64,000 nt of DNA from assembly GCA_964016885.1 (NCBI GenBank), contig OZ024743.1, positions 153,946,001-154,010,000 on the forward strand, written 5' to 3'. The notes beneath the pieces are model-generated. The model did no database searches. It saw nothing but the letters and a program-made list of their open reading frames with translations, and was not told where the DNA came from. Position numbers and translations under genes: made by a program. This stretch comes from Eledone cirrhosa (lineage: Eukaryota). The stretch's first letter is position 1. Each line of letters opens with the position of its first letter. Shown piece after piece: positions 10,177-22,818 of this stretch.

Positions 10177-13100
10177 GATTTCTTTATTAACCACAAGGGT
10201 TTACATAAAGTAGACATTAAGGACAGTGCAGGACAATACAGGACGGTACAAATGGGCATTTCTGCGAGTAAAAAACAAAAACAGAGTATGTAACAAAAAA
10301 ATAACAATGAACAATTCCTCAATAGGGGGGAGATTTCTGAGGGACATTTGTGGAGAAAGCCCAGTAAAAGGCCACAGTGACCCTGACCACAAAGGCAAGT
10401 GCCTCCTCCCAGTTTTCCACCTTTAATTTACAGATACGTACTCAGAGTAGGCCCATAAACTCGGGCCATTCTTGCTTCTCTCACCCATCTTTCAACAAAA
10501 TGCTGGGAAGAGAGCACTTCCCTCTCTACCCTGACTTTCCTTTTCAAATGAAATTTGAAAAAGTTAATCAGGGCATCACCGAAGAGGTAAGTGCTCGTCT
10601 TCAGCCCTTTCAAACGTGTCCACCATACTATCTCTTTCGCCATGGCCACCGGACAGATAAAAACTGCCTGCCCTTCCCGGCTAAAAGAAGAGTGCGGGGC
10701 AACCCTCACGATGGTCTCAGATGATAGCCGAATCCGTCCTACACGCGACAGCAGATGTTCGACATAAACCCACAAGTCAGCAATTTTCGGACACTGGACA
10801 AGTGCGTGCAGGACGGTTTCGTCGCCATGCGCGCATCGGCTGACGGCAACTCAATGCCTGTAGAGTTTATCCCGAACTGGCAAGGCTCCTCGGTAGCACT
10901 GCCAGGCCAGAGATTTCTGGAAGTTGTCCATAGGTCCCGGCCCGAAAGTTCTTCCGAAGAGATTGGCTAGTTGATTTTCGTCGACGCCTAGAATTTCCCC
11001 AAGTACGTCGTCGCTCTTGCCCTCCACTAATCCTCTATAGAACGCCGAGGTGGAGTTTCCACCGATCACATTGCCCGATTGGTCGAGGGCTGTGAGCGCC
11101 TGAAGACATTCCAGTCTCCAGGCGCTCCCTCTCGGTCTTCGCTTGATCCAGGACTGCAGCTCCGTCAAGGAAACAAGCTGGGGAAATACGTGTCTAGCAA
11201 ACGGCGACTACACCTGATCACCCTCGAGGAAGAAGTGGAGATGTCGTAGCCCGAGCGCGTGTATGCGCATCATCAGCCACGGCATGCCCAGCCCTCCACA
11301 TAGCGGGTGTTGACAGCAGATGGACCGCCTGACCATCGGAGCGCGTCCGTTCCACAAAAAGCGAAAGAGCAAACGCCGCAGTCCAGTCAGGCGGGGCTTA
11401 GGACAAGGTACGACGGTCAGGCGGTAGCAGATGACAGACGCGATGTACGCGTTAGCCACCTCCTCTCGACCTTTCAGGGATAGCTTCCTCTCGGCCCATT
11501 TCTGGGCGAGAGAAGGCACCCTGCTAGTCACCTCGTCCCAGTTCTTGTCCGTCTGGAGGTCCGGACCGAACCAGACCCCTAGCAATTTAACCGGTCCGTC
11601 CGTCCAGCGTCCGATGACGCTGTTGGACGGCATGGACCTGCCTCTCCAGGTGCCGAGCTGCAGGCCCACTGACTTTTCCTGGTTGATCATTGCTCCTGTC
11701 ACCGCTTCGTATTCTCTTAGTGTAGTGCCGACTGCCTCGATGTGTTTGGCGTTCGACACCACTACGGTGACATCGTCCGCATATGCTGACACGGATCTTC
11801 CGCATCCTAGTTCACGCGGGATGCTCCTCAACGTATCCAGTTTGTGCAGTAATGGCTCGAGAGTCAATACGTACAAGAGGGACGAGAGGGGACATCATTG
11901 GCGGACCGAGCGCATGATGTTGAACGGTTCCGAAAGGTGACCGTTCACTCTCACCACAGAGCAGATGTCGTTGTGCATTGCAGCGATCTAGCCTCTGAAG
12001 ACGGGCCCAAAGCCAGCCGCCCTCAGAACTGCCGCTAGGTAACTATGGTCGACCCTATCGAAAGCTTTCGACTGATCTAAATTGATCAAGGACCCACCCG
12101 TGCCAGGTTCTCTGGCTACCCTCTTTACGATATATTGCATGAGGTGGAGGTTGTCGTGGATGGATCTGTCGGGAATGGCGCATGTCTACGCCTCTCCCAC
12201 CAGACCACCAACGACAAGCGCCAACCTCTTTGCTAGCACCTTGGCCAAAATCTTGAACTCTGTGTTTAGCAGAGTTATGGGCCTAAAATTATCTATGTTA
12301 TCCTCCTTGTTCGGATCCTTTCTCAGCAGTGCCACCGCTCCTCCGCTCACAGAACTGGGAATTCTCCCGTTCTGTTGCCAGTTGCAGTAGACGTCCGCCA
12401 AGAGGCCTCCGAACAAGTCTGGCATCTGTACGTAAAGTTCATAGGGCAGACCATCCAACCAGGCGATATACACCTTGTGCAGCCAGTCATTGCCTCCCTT
12501 ACTTCAGCGGCTGTTATCGGCTTTTAGCAACACTCCGCCTCAGTGGCCGAGAGCCGCGGCAGTCCGTCGAGGTAGACACTAAAGTCTATCCCTCGACCCG
12601 GCCCGCCGCTGCCCCCGAAGTGTCGCTGAAAAGCTTCACACATTTGCCCGGGATTGAGTAGCATGCGCCCGTCGTGGTCCAGCAAAGACCGGATCGTGGC
12701 TTTGTTGCCACGACGTGCCTCCGCCACTCGGGCCCATTGAACGGCTTTCGTCCCCTCGTGTCTGAGAGCACGCACCCTAGCTCTGACAACGCAGCCTTCG
12801 TGCTTTGCATTGAAGAATTGGTCAAGGGCCAATTTCGCCGCAAGCACGTCGGTCGCACTGCCTAAGCGCCTCGTCTAATTTTCTAACTAGTTCTCCCTCT
12901 GCTCTATTTTTCTCTATTGCTAAAGCCTTACTAAACCTAATCGATTCTATTCTAATCGCTCTTTTCAGAGCAAACCACCACTTGTTGTTGACGATGGCCC
13001 CCGTCAACGCCCGCTTAACTAGTTCGCTAATCCGGTCTCTGTAGGCCAGGAAGATGGCCCGTATGGCGAGATCCAAACCTCTCCGAAAAAGCACAGCAAC

Positions 13101-15697
13101 TCCTCTCCCTAATCCAGGACGGCTGGGAGATGCGTAAACATCGTAGCCGCCGAAGATCGGTGCGAAGGCCCGTGCTTCCGAGATTCTGGTCTCGCTGATG
13201 GCCACTACATCTATGTTTAGTGACCTGAGGTCGTTGAGCAGGTGACCCTGCTTCCATGACGACCCCAAGCCACGTGCATTTATGCTGCCTATTCTGAGTG
13301 AGGTCATGTTTAAAATAGAGTGGAAAAGATGGGAAAGACCACTTACCGTACTTTTCCTAGAGGTGGGATGGTTTTTCCATCCCTTTTCACTTGATCGTCT
13401 GGTGAAGGGACCGTTGAATCGTCCCTTCGGCTGGTCGTCGGCTCTTCTATGAGTATGACCGAATATACTCTTCGGTTGATAGTCCCTCCTAGGTCTCTGA
13501 AATCACCAACTGCGTTGGGGAATTTCGTTTTAATGTTTGTGTATTGTTTCTGTGCTATTTTTAGCAGTCTTATGTTAGTTGGCGTTTTGATTGGTGCTGG
13601 TATTATGTAGTCGTGTTGTGAAATGTCTGTGTGTTCAATTATGTAAGTCATTAGTTTCTTGTTGTGTGTATTTATTGCCGTACATTTGTTTTTCTGGGGA
13701 TGGGGTGTGGCTCTGCTATTTTCTTGTCGTTGTTGCTGGGTGTGTGTGTTTTGTTGTTGTGTTTGCGATGTTGGTGCTTGTGGTGGTGGTGTTGAAGGTG
13801 TTGTTGTTGTTTGCGGTGAGGTTGTCGCCGGTGGTGATAGTGGTGCTAGTGTGGGTGGTGATGGTGTTGGTGGTGTTGCTGCTGTGAGTCTCTTTGCAGT
13901 AGCCTTTACCCTTTTTTCATTTCTTTCCTCCCTTTTCGAAGGCGACGATGCGCTGCTTCTGCGTTTGTGCCTTCTTACGACCTTTTGCCATCCCTCTCCC
14001 ACCTTACACTCCATGTCTGATTCTGTGAGGTCGGGGAGGGGTACCAGCTCCACTCTTTCATTTGTTGTTATTGGTGATGTTTGCACTGGAGTCTCTGTTG
14101 CAGCTGCATTTGGTATTGCTGTTGTAGTTGTTAATACTTCCACTGCTGCTGCTGTTTTTGATTTCCGTGGCGTGGGTATGGGTACCACGGAGCTATCGTT
14201 CCTGGTTGCCGCTTGTTCTGTTGCTGGTAGCCGTGGAGCCGGTTTCGGAAGGAGGGGGGGTTTTCTCCTTTCTCAGGTTCTTCTCGTTGCAGGAGGCCCT
14301 GAGGTGAGTCTTCGATCCGCAGCGAAAGCATTTCGGGCGTTTGCCCTCAACACTTATGGGCAGTTGAGTGCCGTTACCGAAGTCTATCACATCCGGGATA
14401 GCTTCGATGCACTCCTGGTTGGTTTGGATTAACATCTCAATGGAGGTGCCGACGCTATCTTCTCTTACTTTTTTCTGTACTTGCAGTACAGTAGTTTTGT
14501 CCTCGATTCCAACTAGGACAGACGCGGCCAGCCAAGAAGGTGCCATACCGGGGGTTGGGCGTGGGTCAGTTTGACCCTCACAATTTTTTGCCCGCAGTAG
14601 GAGGGCACCAACACCATTTCCTCGCTCCTTAGGGTCACTACTGATTGAGCCTTTGTCACCTGGGGTGTGGCGAAAAGTACGTCTACGGTGGCATATTTCT
14701 TGCCTCGGGTGATGTGCGTTTTCCGCTGCCACACAGACCCCAAGGCGTTTTGTATTTGAGCCTCTGTGGCTCATTCAAACCTACGGGATTTTGTACTTAC
14801 TGTACGGCACGTGATCGTACAGTGCTGTTGGGTTTCGAAAAATGTTTCGGCTGCCTTGCAGATTGCTCGGTGTCCAGTTTTTGTCACCATCTTCTTCGCT
14901 TCCCCTAATTCCTCATTTGTTATGGGGATGGTTTCCAGGTTCTTTGCGATACCTGCAAACGAGATTGGTCTTTCTTTGCTGCTGTTGTTGTTGTTGTTGT
15001 CGTCAGAGCTGCTGTTACTTTTGTTGTTGCTGCAGGTACTACGACTACTGCCGCCGCCGCTGTTGCTGTGGTTGTTGTTGTTGTTGCTGCTGCTGCTGTT
15101 GTTGTTGCTGCTAATGCTGTTGTTGTTTATGCTACTGCTGCTGTTGTTGTTTATGCTGCTGCTGCTGTTGTTTTCCTTGTCACTGTTGCTGCTGTTATTA
15201 CGGCTGCAACTGCTATTATTCCTGACGTCAGACGAATGAAATAGGTTTTCGTATTTCCCGCACACCTTTTTCGTTGTTGTCGTCGTCGTCGTGGAGAAAT
15301 CTTGCTCGCTTTGCACGTGATTTTTCTTTTCTGGCGTCGCTTGCGAAAGAGAAGGGAGGGAGAGATACACATTTAGAGAAGGGAGGGAGAGAGACAATCT
15401 TCTCTCTGCTGTAGTGACGATTGAGGAAGTAGAAGACGGAATGAGTGTGAGTGACCTATGAAAATTCTTTTTCGTAGCCATGTTTTTTTTTTTGTTTAAA
15501 ATAAATATTGGGCACAAAACCCCAATAAGCGGTTATTTAACCCCGAAGGGCTAAATAACGGGCAGAAAGACCCCTCTCACGAGGAGGAGGGTGTTTTTGT
15601 CTACAAGTTGGTTAAAGTTTTAAACAATTTACGATTGTTATAGCGGTCAAAATTTACAATACCTTACAGAGCCGAGCCTCCGTCAACCATAGCGTTC
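10177..15697 (-). mobile_element. Tx1-type retrotransposon, copy 2; both termini present, 510 bp deletion in the endonuclease
   Basis: Colinear with and highly similar to copy 1 (ORF1 15480 to 13343; ORF2 13307 to ~10430, broken). The sense-strand 3' end reads AATAAAGAAATC(ATT)n. Flanked by (TAA)n on both sides. Confidence 0.93.
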
Positions 15698-15720
15698 AAT
15701 TTTAATAATAATAATAATAA

Positions 15721-16413
15721 AAATAGTAACTGTAGAATATCTGAAGATAGGGAAGAAACAATCAACCACATAGTCTCTGGATGCCGACCACTAGCGAAAA
15801 AGGAATATATCCATATAGGCATGATATATTTAGAATCATCATACACTGGAAATATGCCACTGTAATGAAATACCAACAGAAAAAAGATGGTATAAACACA
15901 CAGCAGAAAATGTCAGACAATGACAAAGCAACCATTTTCTGGGATATACCAATACATACAGACAGAGAGATCAAGGCCAACTGACCAGATATTATAGTCA
16001 AAGACCACAAAGAAAAAAGTGCCTTCCAATAGATATATCTATCTGCACAGATGAGAATATATCTTCCAAGGAAAGAGAGAACATATCCAAATATAAATAT
16101 CTAGAGATAGAAATAACTCGAATGCGGAAAATGAAAACAGAAACAATACCTATAATAATAGGTGCTCTAGGAATGATATAAAAAACACACAGACAAATAC
16201 ATAGCCCAAACCCCAGGACTTACAAATATATACAGCATACAACAGATAGCATTACTAGGCACTGTACACATATTACAAAAAGTACTATCAATACAATAGA
16301 AGCAACATCAACAAAAACTACAATGATCATACCCAAGGCATATAGAACTATGCTCAGTAAAGCAGAAATGATGCGCAATAAAAATAATAATAATATAAAT
16401 AATAATAATAATA
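15721..16413 (+). mobile_element. 5'-truncated Dong/R4-clade fragment (third subfamily): CCHC + RLE + UTR + (TAA)n
   Basis: Degenerate translation NCRI..REETINHIVSGC, IFWDIPIHTDREIKAN*PDIIVKD, KYKYLEIEI, IPIIIGALG, IQQIALLGTVHILQKVLSI. TAA-rich tail at 16383-16413. Confidence 0.85.
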
Positions 16414-18688
16414 GGCAGTGTGGATTGAGACAGTACAAAAAGGAGATTAGTGAACAAGCACACCGACAACCTGATTTGAGTTGAAACTCTTAAAGGGCAG
16501 GCAAAAAAACTAACCAACTGGAAATCACCAGGCCCAGATGGTGTGTAGGGGTATTGGATTACAAATATAACATCCCTCCACCCAAAACTGACAACGATGT
16601 TCAAAGACTGCTTGATGTCGGGTGAGGTACCAGAGTAGTTGAATCAAGGGTAATGATGTTACCAACTATAGACCTATCACATGTCGGTCCGTGATGTGGA
16701 AACTGTTAACAAGCTTTGTGTCTGAGGAAATCTACCATCATCTCCACATAAACAACTTGTTACCGGACAAACAGAAAGGATGCCGAAAGAAGTCCCGTGG
16801 TACAAAATACCAGTTACTTATTGATAAAATGGTAATGAGGAATTGCAAGAGGAGACACACTGGTCTTGCCATGGGATGGATAGATTACAAAAAGGCATTC
16901 GACATGGTACCTCATTCTTGGATAACCAAAAGCCTAGAGATCTTCAAGGTGGCAGATAATATCTGACTTTTGTTGAGCAAAAGTATGAAGTCCTGGGTAA
17001 CAGGTGGAGAATCCTTGGGAAGCGTGAAGATCAAGAGAGGTATTTTCCAGGCAGATAGTTTGTCCCCTTTGCTGTTTGCGCTTGCCCTGATACCCCTGAC
17101 AGTTATATTGCGAAAAGTGAGAGCAGGATACAAGTTGGGAAAAGGAGAGCTTACCATCAACCACCTCCTCTTCATGGACGAACTTAAACTCTTTGAGAAG
17201 AGTGAGAAGGAGTTGGATGTACTTGTTGACACTGTCCATCTTTTCAGCAATGATATATGTATGGAATTTGGTATTATAAGTGTGGAGTCCTAGTGATGAA
17301 GAGAGGTAAATTGAGCAGAAGCAACGGAATCCAGGTACCAACAGGTAGACGATAAAGAAAATTGACACTGAAGAAGGATACAAATATTTAGGTGTTTTGG
17401 AGGCAGATGGCATCAACAACAAAAAAATGAAGGAATTGATAAGATCTGAGTACATTAGGAGAGTAAGGCGCGTATTAAAATCACATCTAAATAGTAGGAA
17501 TGTCATAAGTGCAGTGATAAGTGCAGATTGTCATAAGTGCAGTGTGTCTATTATTAGGTACAGTGTGGGAATCCTGAAATGGCTTGTTGCTGAACAAACA
17601 AAATGGATAGGAAGACTAGGAAGCTATTGACTATCTAAAGCATGTTCCACAAGAGGTGTGATGTCGATAGACTCTACTTAAAGAGATCTGAATGTGGAAG
17701 AGGTCTTATCAGCATAGAGGACTGTGTTCAGATGGAGAAAAACAACCTGCACAAATACGTGAGTGACAATAGGGAGCTAATGCTCAACATTATACTGAAG
17801 GAGAAGTCAATAGACCAGGAGATATCCAAGGAGGAAATAACAACGAGGAGGAAGAGCAACCTTCATGAAAGATCCCTTCATAGTACCTTCTTTGAGAAAA
17901 CTGAATTTAGAGATCCACAGACATGGAACTGGTTAAAAAGAGGAGACCTTAAAAAGTTTACAGAACGAAGCGGGTGAAACACCATATTTACAAGGAGGAG
18001 GCTAGCCCACTGTGTAGGATCTGTGGAGAGAGAGAGAGGAGACGGTGGCTCACATTATATCCGAGTTTAAACACCTAGGCCAGAATCACTATAAAGGCTG
18101 GAGACATGATGTGATAGGCAGGGTCATCGACTGGCATCTATGCAAATAAACAATTTACCACATTCTGAGAAGTGGTATGAGCATAAGCCAGAGTCAGTGA
18201 TAGAAAACGATCAGGTGAAGGTGCTATGGGATTTGGGGATACCGACGGACAAGCAATTAGAACACAATAGGCCTGACCTGGTGGTTGTGCACAAGGAAAA
18301 AAGATCGTGCCTGATTGTAGATGTAGCCTGCCCATTTGACACGAGAGTACAAGAAAAGGAGAGGGAGAAAATTAAACGATACCAGGACTTAAAGTGGGAG
18401 GTAAAAAGATTTGGAACTGCCATGACTCAAGGTCGTCCCGATTGTCATAGGCGCACTAGGTACTATATCAAAGAGTTTCCAAGGATGGCTAAACAAGATT
18501 AGTCCAGCCTCGCTCTTTGGAACACTTCAAAAGGCATGCTTGCTGGAAACAGCAAGGACCCTCCGATACGTCCTGAATATCTGAGGCTGCAGGTAGCGGC
18601 TTGATATTCATTTGAACAAACTTTCCAGTTAAGTAACATCAATGACTGAGACTCAAAGTCCAATAGTATTAATAATAATAATAATAAT
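16414..18688 (+). mobile_element. 5'-truncated Dong/R4-clade element, same subfamily as 6340-10176
   Basis: Begins at the position equivalent to ~7620 of the first Dong copy. Same RT (FMDE), CCHC, RLE and 3' UTR (...CATCAATGACTGAGACTCAAAG), then (TAA)n at 18670-18688. Confidence 0.92.
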
Positions 18689-21092
18689 GATTTCCTTATT
18701 GGCCACAAGGGCTAACATGATGAAAAAACATTACAGACGGCACAGGACGATACAAAGTAAAAAGGTTATAACAAGACAGAACGTTTAAAAACAAATTAAG
18801 AAATTTCAAACAACAAAATTCCCCGAAAAGGGGGAAGCCTCGGAGGGTCACTGATGGCGAAATCCACACAAAAGACCACGGCCACCCTGATCATCAGGGC
18901 AAGATCCCTCTCTTAGTCTACAGGCGCCTGCTCAGAGTTCACTCGGACCAGACTCACCACGTACACCAACATTTCAACAAACTTACTAGAAGACAGTACT
19001 TGCCACTCCACCCTGATTTTCCTCTTTCCAGTGAAACTTGAAAAAGTTAATCAGGGATTGGCCGAAGAGGAAAGTGTCCGTGTTCAACCCTTTCAACCTT
19101 GTCCACCACACAATCTCTTTCGCAATGGCCACCAGGCAGATGAAAAACTGCCTTCCCTTCCTCCTCTTTAAAAGAGGATGGCGGGATATCTGCACAATAG
19201 ACTCAGTCGATAACCGGGTCCGTCCTACACGCGACAACAACTGTTCGACATAGCTCCACAAGTCAGCAATCCTCGGGCACTTAACGAATGCATGCAGGAC
19301 AGTTTCGTCGCCCTGCGCGTATTCTGACAGGATCGGCTGACAGCACATATGTGTGTGTAGAGCTTATCCCGAACCGGCAACGCTCCCCGGTAGCACTGCC
19401 AGGCCAGGGATTTCTGGAAGTTGTCCATAGGCCCCGGGCTGAAAGTTCTCTTGAAGAGAGCGAACAGCTGATCGTCTTTGACGCCCATGGTCTCTCCAAG
19501 AGCCTCGTCGCTCTTCCCCCCACTAGACCTCTATAGAATGCCGAGGTGGATGTTCCACCGATATCAGTGCCTAGGTGGTAGAGGTCGGTGAGCGCTTGGA
19601 GACATTCCAGCTTCCAAGCGCTATCCATCTGCCTTTTCCTGATCCAGGACTGCAGCTCCGTTAAGGAGACGAGCTGGAGAAAAGCGCGTCTAGCAAATGG
19701 TGAACACACCTGTTCACCGTCATGTTTGCGCATCATCAGCCGCGGCATACCAAGTCCTCCACGCAACGGGTGCTGACAGCAGATCGATCATTCCACCATG
19801 GGAGCACGCCCATTCCACAAAATGCGGAAGAGGAGGCGTTTCATTTTGGTCTAAGTTGGGCTGGGGCAAGTTATCAGTGTGAGGCAGTATCAGATGGCGG
19901 ACGCGATGTACGTATTCGCCACCTCCGCCCGACCTGTCAGGAATAGCGCTGATGCTGTCCTGGTCAGTTTGGATGAGCATCTCTATTCCAATACCGGAAC
20001 AGTCTTCTCTCCATAACTTCTGTACCTGCAGAATGGTTGTGCTATACTTGATGCCCGCAAGAACAGACACGACGACTCAAGGCACGGGTACGTAGGATTG
20101 ACCCTGGGTTACCCTGACCTTTGCAATTTTTTTCCCGCAGTAAAACGGGACTAACGTTATGTTAGCACTTCATAGGGTCCTCAGTGCGTGCGATTTTGCT
20201 TCCTGGGTGGTAGCAAAAAGGACGTCCACAGTAGCATATTTCTTGCCACGGATGATGTGGGTTTTCCGTGCCCACACAGTTTCCAAGGCCTTCTGGTGCC
20301 TCCGAGGCTCTCTCCATATGACGCGATTTCATGGCAATTGTGCGGTACGACACTGTGCATCGCTCTTGTTCCTCCAGGAAGTCGGTTGGGGGTTTCAAAT
20401 ATACTGAAAATTCAGTACTGGTTACCATGTGTCTTGCGACCGCCATCTTCTCCTCTGTGACCAGGACCGTTTCTACGTTGCGAGCCACCGTCGCAAAAGA
20501 GATGGTCCCTTTTTTAGTGGCATCATTGTTGCCGCCGCTACAGCTGCTACTGCTCTGGTTGTTGGTGGCGCTGTTGTTGCTACTGCTACAAACGGTGTTG
20601 TTGGTGTTGCTGCTGCTGCTGCTATTGCTACCACGGGAGATATTGTTAAAACTGCCGCTGCTGCTGCTACCTCCTTTGTTATCAAATGCACCAGCAGCAG
20701 CCGCTTCACGATCGCCGCTTAATGAAGAAGAGCAAGAAATGGCCTTTATCTGACTTTCATTATGTGACGATGAAGAAGAGAAAAGGAAAGAGATACTCCA
20801 CGCTGAGAGCTGGGTGAAGAAAGACAAGGTTGAGAAGGATACCTTACTGAAGGAATAATTTTTTATGTGGAGACATGGTAGAGATACAGATTTTTTGAAT
20901 AACGCCATTTTTTTTTTTTTTTGTGGGCGTATTTGCTAAATGTTCAAAATGGAATTTAGCCCCGAAGGGCTTAATACCGATTAATTTCGACCACTTCAAG
21001 AGAAGCGGGGTGTTTTTAAACACAAAACAATGTACATGTTTACAATAAGTTCGCAATAAAGACAACATTTCCTGCGACGTGTATTCCCCCAC
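18689..21092 (-). mobile_element. Tx1-type retrotransposon, copy 3; diverged subfamily, internally deleted, both termini retained
   Basis: Sense-strand 3' end AATAAGGAAATC(ATT)n. ORF2 C-terminal homology (FQKSLAWQCYRGALPVRDKLY) is fused near 19945 to mid-ORF1 (IEMLIQTDQDSISAIPD). Asn/Ser-rich ORF1 starts at 20908. (AAT)n at 21093-21106. Confidence 0.88.
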
Positions 21093-21105
21093 AATAATAA
21101 TAATA

Positions 21106-21372
21106 AATGTATGCATAGTATATTTGGCAATATACTGTATGTTTAATAATTTTGGGCGGAAGAGGGCAGTACTTAGCTCTGATGATTGCCAACAGCACGC
21201 AACAGACTGTTAGCTTCTCTGCCTTCTTTCGCCGAAAAGAAGTGACATAGTCACTACTTTAAAAATGATAACGTAAGGTCTTCAAAATGTTTTTGATTAA
21301 ACATACGGTATATTGCCAAATATACTATGCATACATTCATGTATACATCGCTATTTAAGAGCACCAATCCTA
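21106..21372. repeat. Small element with 42 bp inverted repeats enclosing a structured core with a degenerate hammerhead-like motif (Penelope-like remnant)
   Basis: 21106-21147 versus 21296-21337 match at 41/42 as an inverted repeat. An inner stem 21150-21169/21219-21238 encloses CTGATGA (21179-21185) and a TTGC/GCAA stem, but the GAAA box reads CAGA. Confidence 0.6.
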
Positions 21373-21525
21373 ATAAATAATAATAATGTTATTGATGTTG
21401 TTATGGTACAGATAGACTGTAAATAAAGCATAAACAATAAATAATAGTAAAACATCAAGGATAAGAAACAAATAAGGGAATAATAAAAGAAGAAAACAAA
21501 TTATATATAGACATATGTACAACTA

Positions 21526-21640
21526 TCTACTATATAAATAGCAATTTCTGTCTGTCGGTGTATCTGTGTATATATGTATAACCACTTGGCGCCTACACCA
21601 GTATTCCGATCCTGATGAAACTTTATATACTTGTTAAGCT
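21526..21640 (+). mobile_element. Possible Helitron 5'-terminal fragment
   Basis: A|TCTACTATATAAATAGCAATTTCTGTCTGTC...CCGATCCTGATGAAACTTT resembles animal non-autonomous Helitron 5' ends. No matching 3' end seen. Confidence 0.4.
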
Positions 21641-22226
21641 AATATTCAGAAACAGGACTGGCCAATTGGATCTCAATAAAAATCAATAATGGAATCCCTG
21701 GGGACATCATTACAAAGGAGGAGTAAGGAGAAGACTCTTCAGTGAGAATGGGGGTAGAGGAGATACTACTTCTGTATATTAAGCCCTTCCTCCCACTACT
21801 CCCCTTCCTCCTCCCACTACTAGGTCCATCAAAACGAGGCAACAACTTATTAGAAGTATACATAAAGACATTTCAAATAAAGCAGACGACAGTGAACCTT
21901 CTTGATCGTTCCCAATTCTGAAGAGAAGGAGAGAGAGAGTATGAGAGAGAGAATTATGAGAGAAAAAAGAGTGAGAGGGGTTGAGAAAGAAAGAAAGAAA
22001 GAGAGTAATGGGGATTGGGGAAGGAAGAAAATGATAGCAGTGTCCGATAACTTTAACTTTTATTTATATATTCTTTACACACTGTTTAACTCTCCCGCTT
22101 CCTCAACCTTACGTCTCTTTCTCTCTCTCTTTCACACAAGACGCACCGTGAATGTGTGTGTTGTGTGTGTTGTGTGTGTCCGGGGAAGTTATAATGTCTG
22201 TACACAACCACACACACAAACACGCA

Positions 22227-22227
<1 letters not shown>

Positions 22228-22318
<91 letters not shown>

Positions 22319-22344
22319 ACTCCTCCTCTCTCTCTCTCTCCCTC

Positions 22345-22393
<49 letters not shown>
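22228..22393. repeat. (CT)n and (TA)n microsatellites
   Basis: Directly visible. Confidence 0.95.
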
Positions 22394-22397
<4 letters not shown>

Positions 22398-22818
22398 TAC
22401 TTCAAAATATTAATAAATATAGACATTCATGTGATCAAATATATTTTATTATATATATTCCAGAGGTACTGAGCTGTTTCATCAGTACGTCCTCGTCAGA
22501 TAAAATAAATTGATGTCTGACATACCTCAACTGTGCTGATAGTTCAATTTCAGTTTTGGCAGTTCTGGAATTGAATCATCAGCACAGTTGCGGTATGTCA
22601 GACATCAATTTATTTTATCTGATGAGGACGTACTGATGAAACAGCTCAGTACCTCTGAAATATATATAATAAAATATATTTGATCACATGAATGTCTACA
22701 TTTATTAATATTTTGAAGTAATATTAATAACTCCAGAAAACACCTACTAGTTGAGTGCTTCTAATCTATTGTAAAATTATATTCATTGATTAATCAATGA
22801 ACCTGGTTAAACTTTTGG

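Noticed and set aside
1-21106. A simple tandem segmental duplication of a Tx1+Dong unit
   Set aside because: The intervening Dong fragments belong to different subfamilies, truncation points differ, and Tx1 copy 3 is far more diverged than copies 1 and 2.
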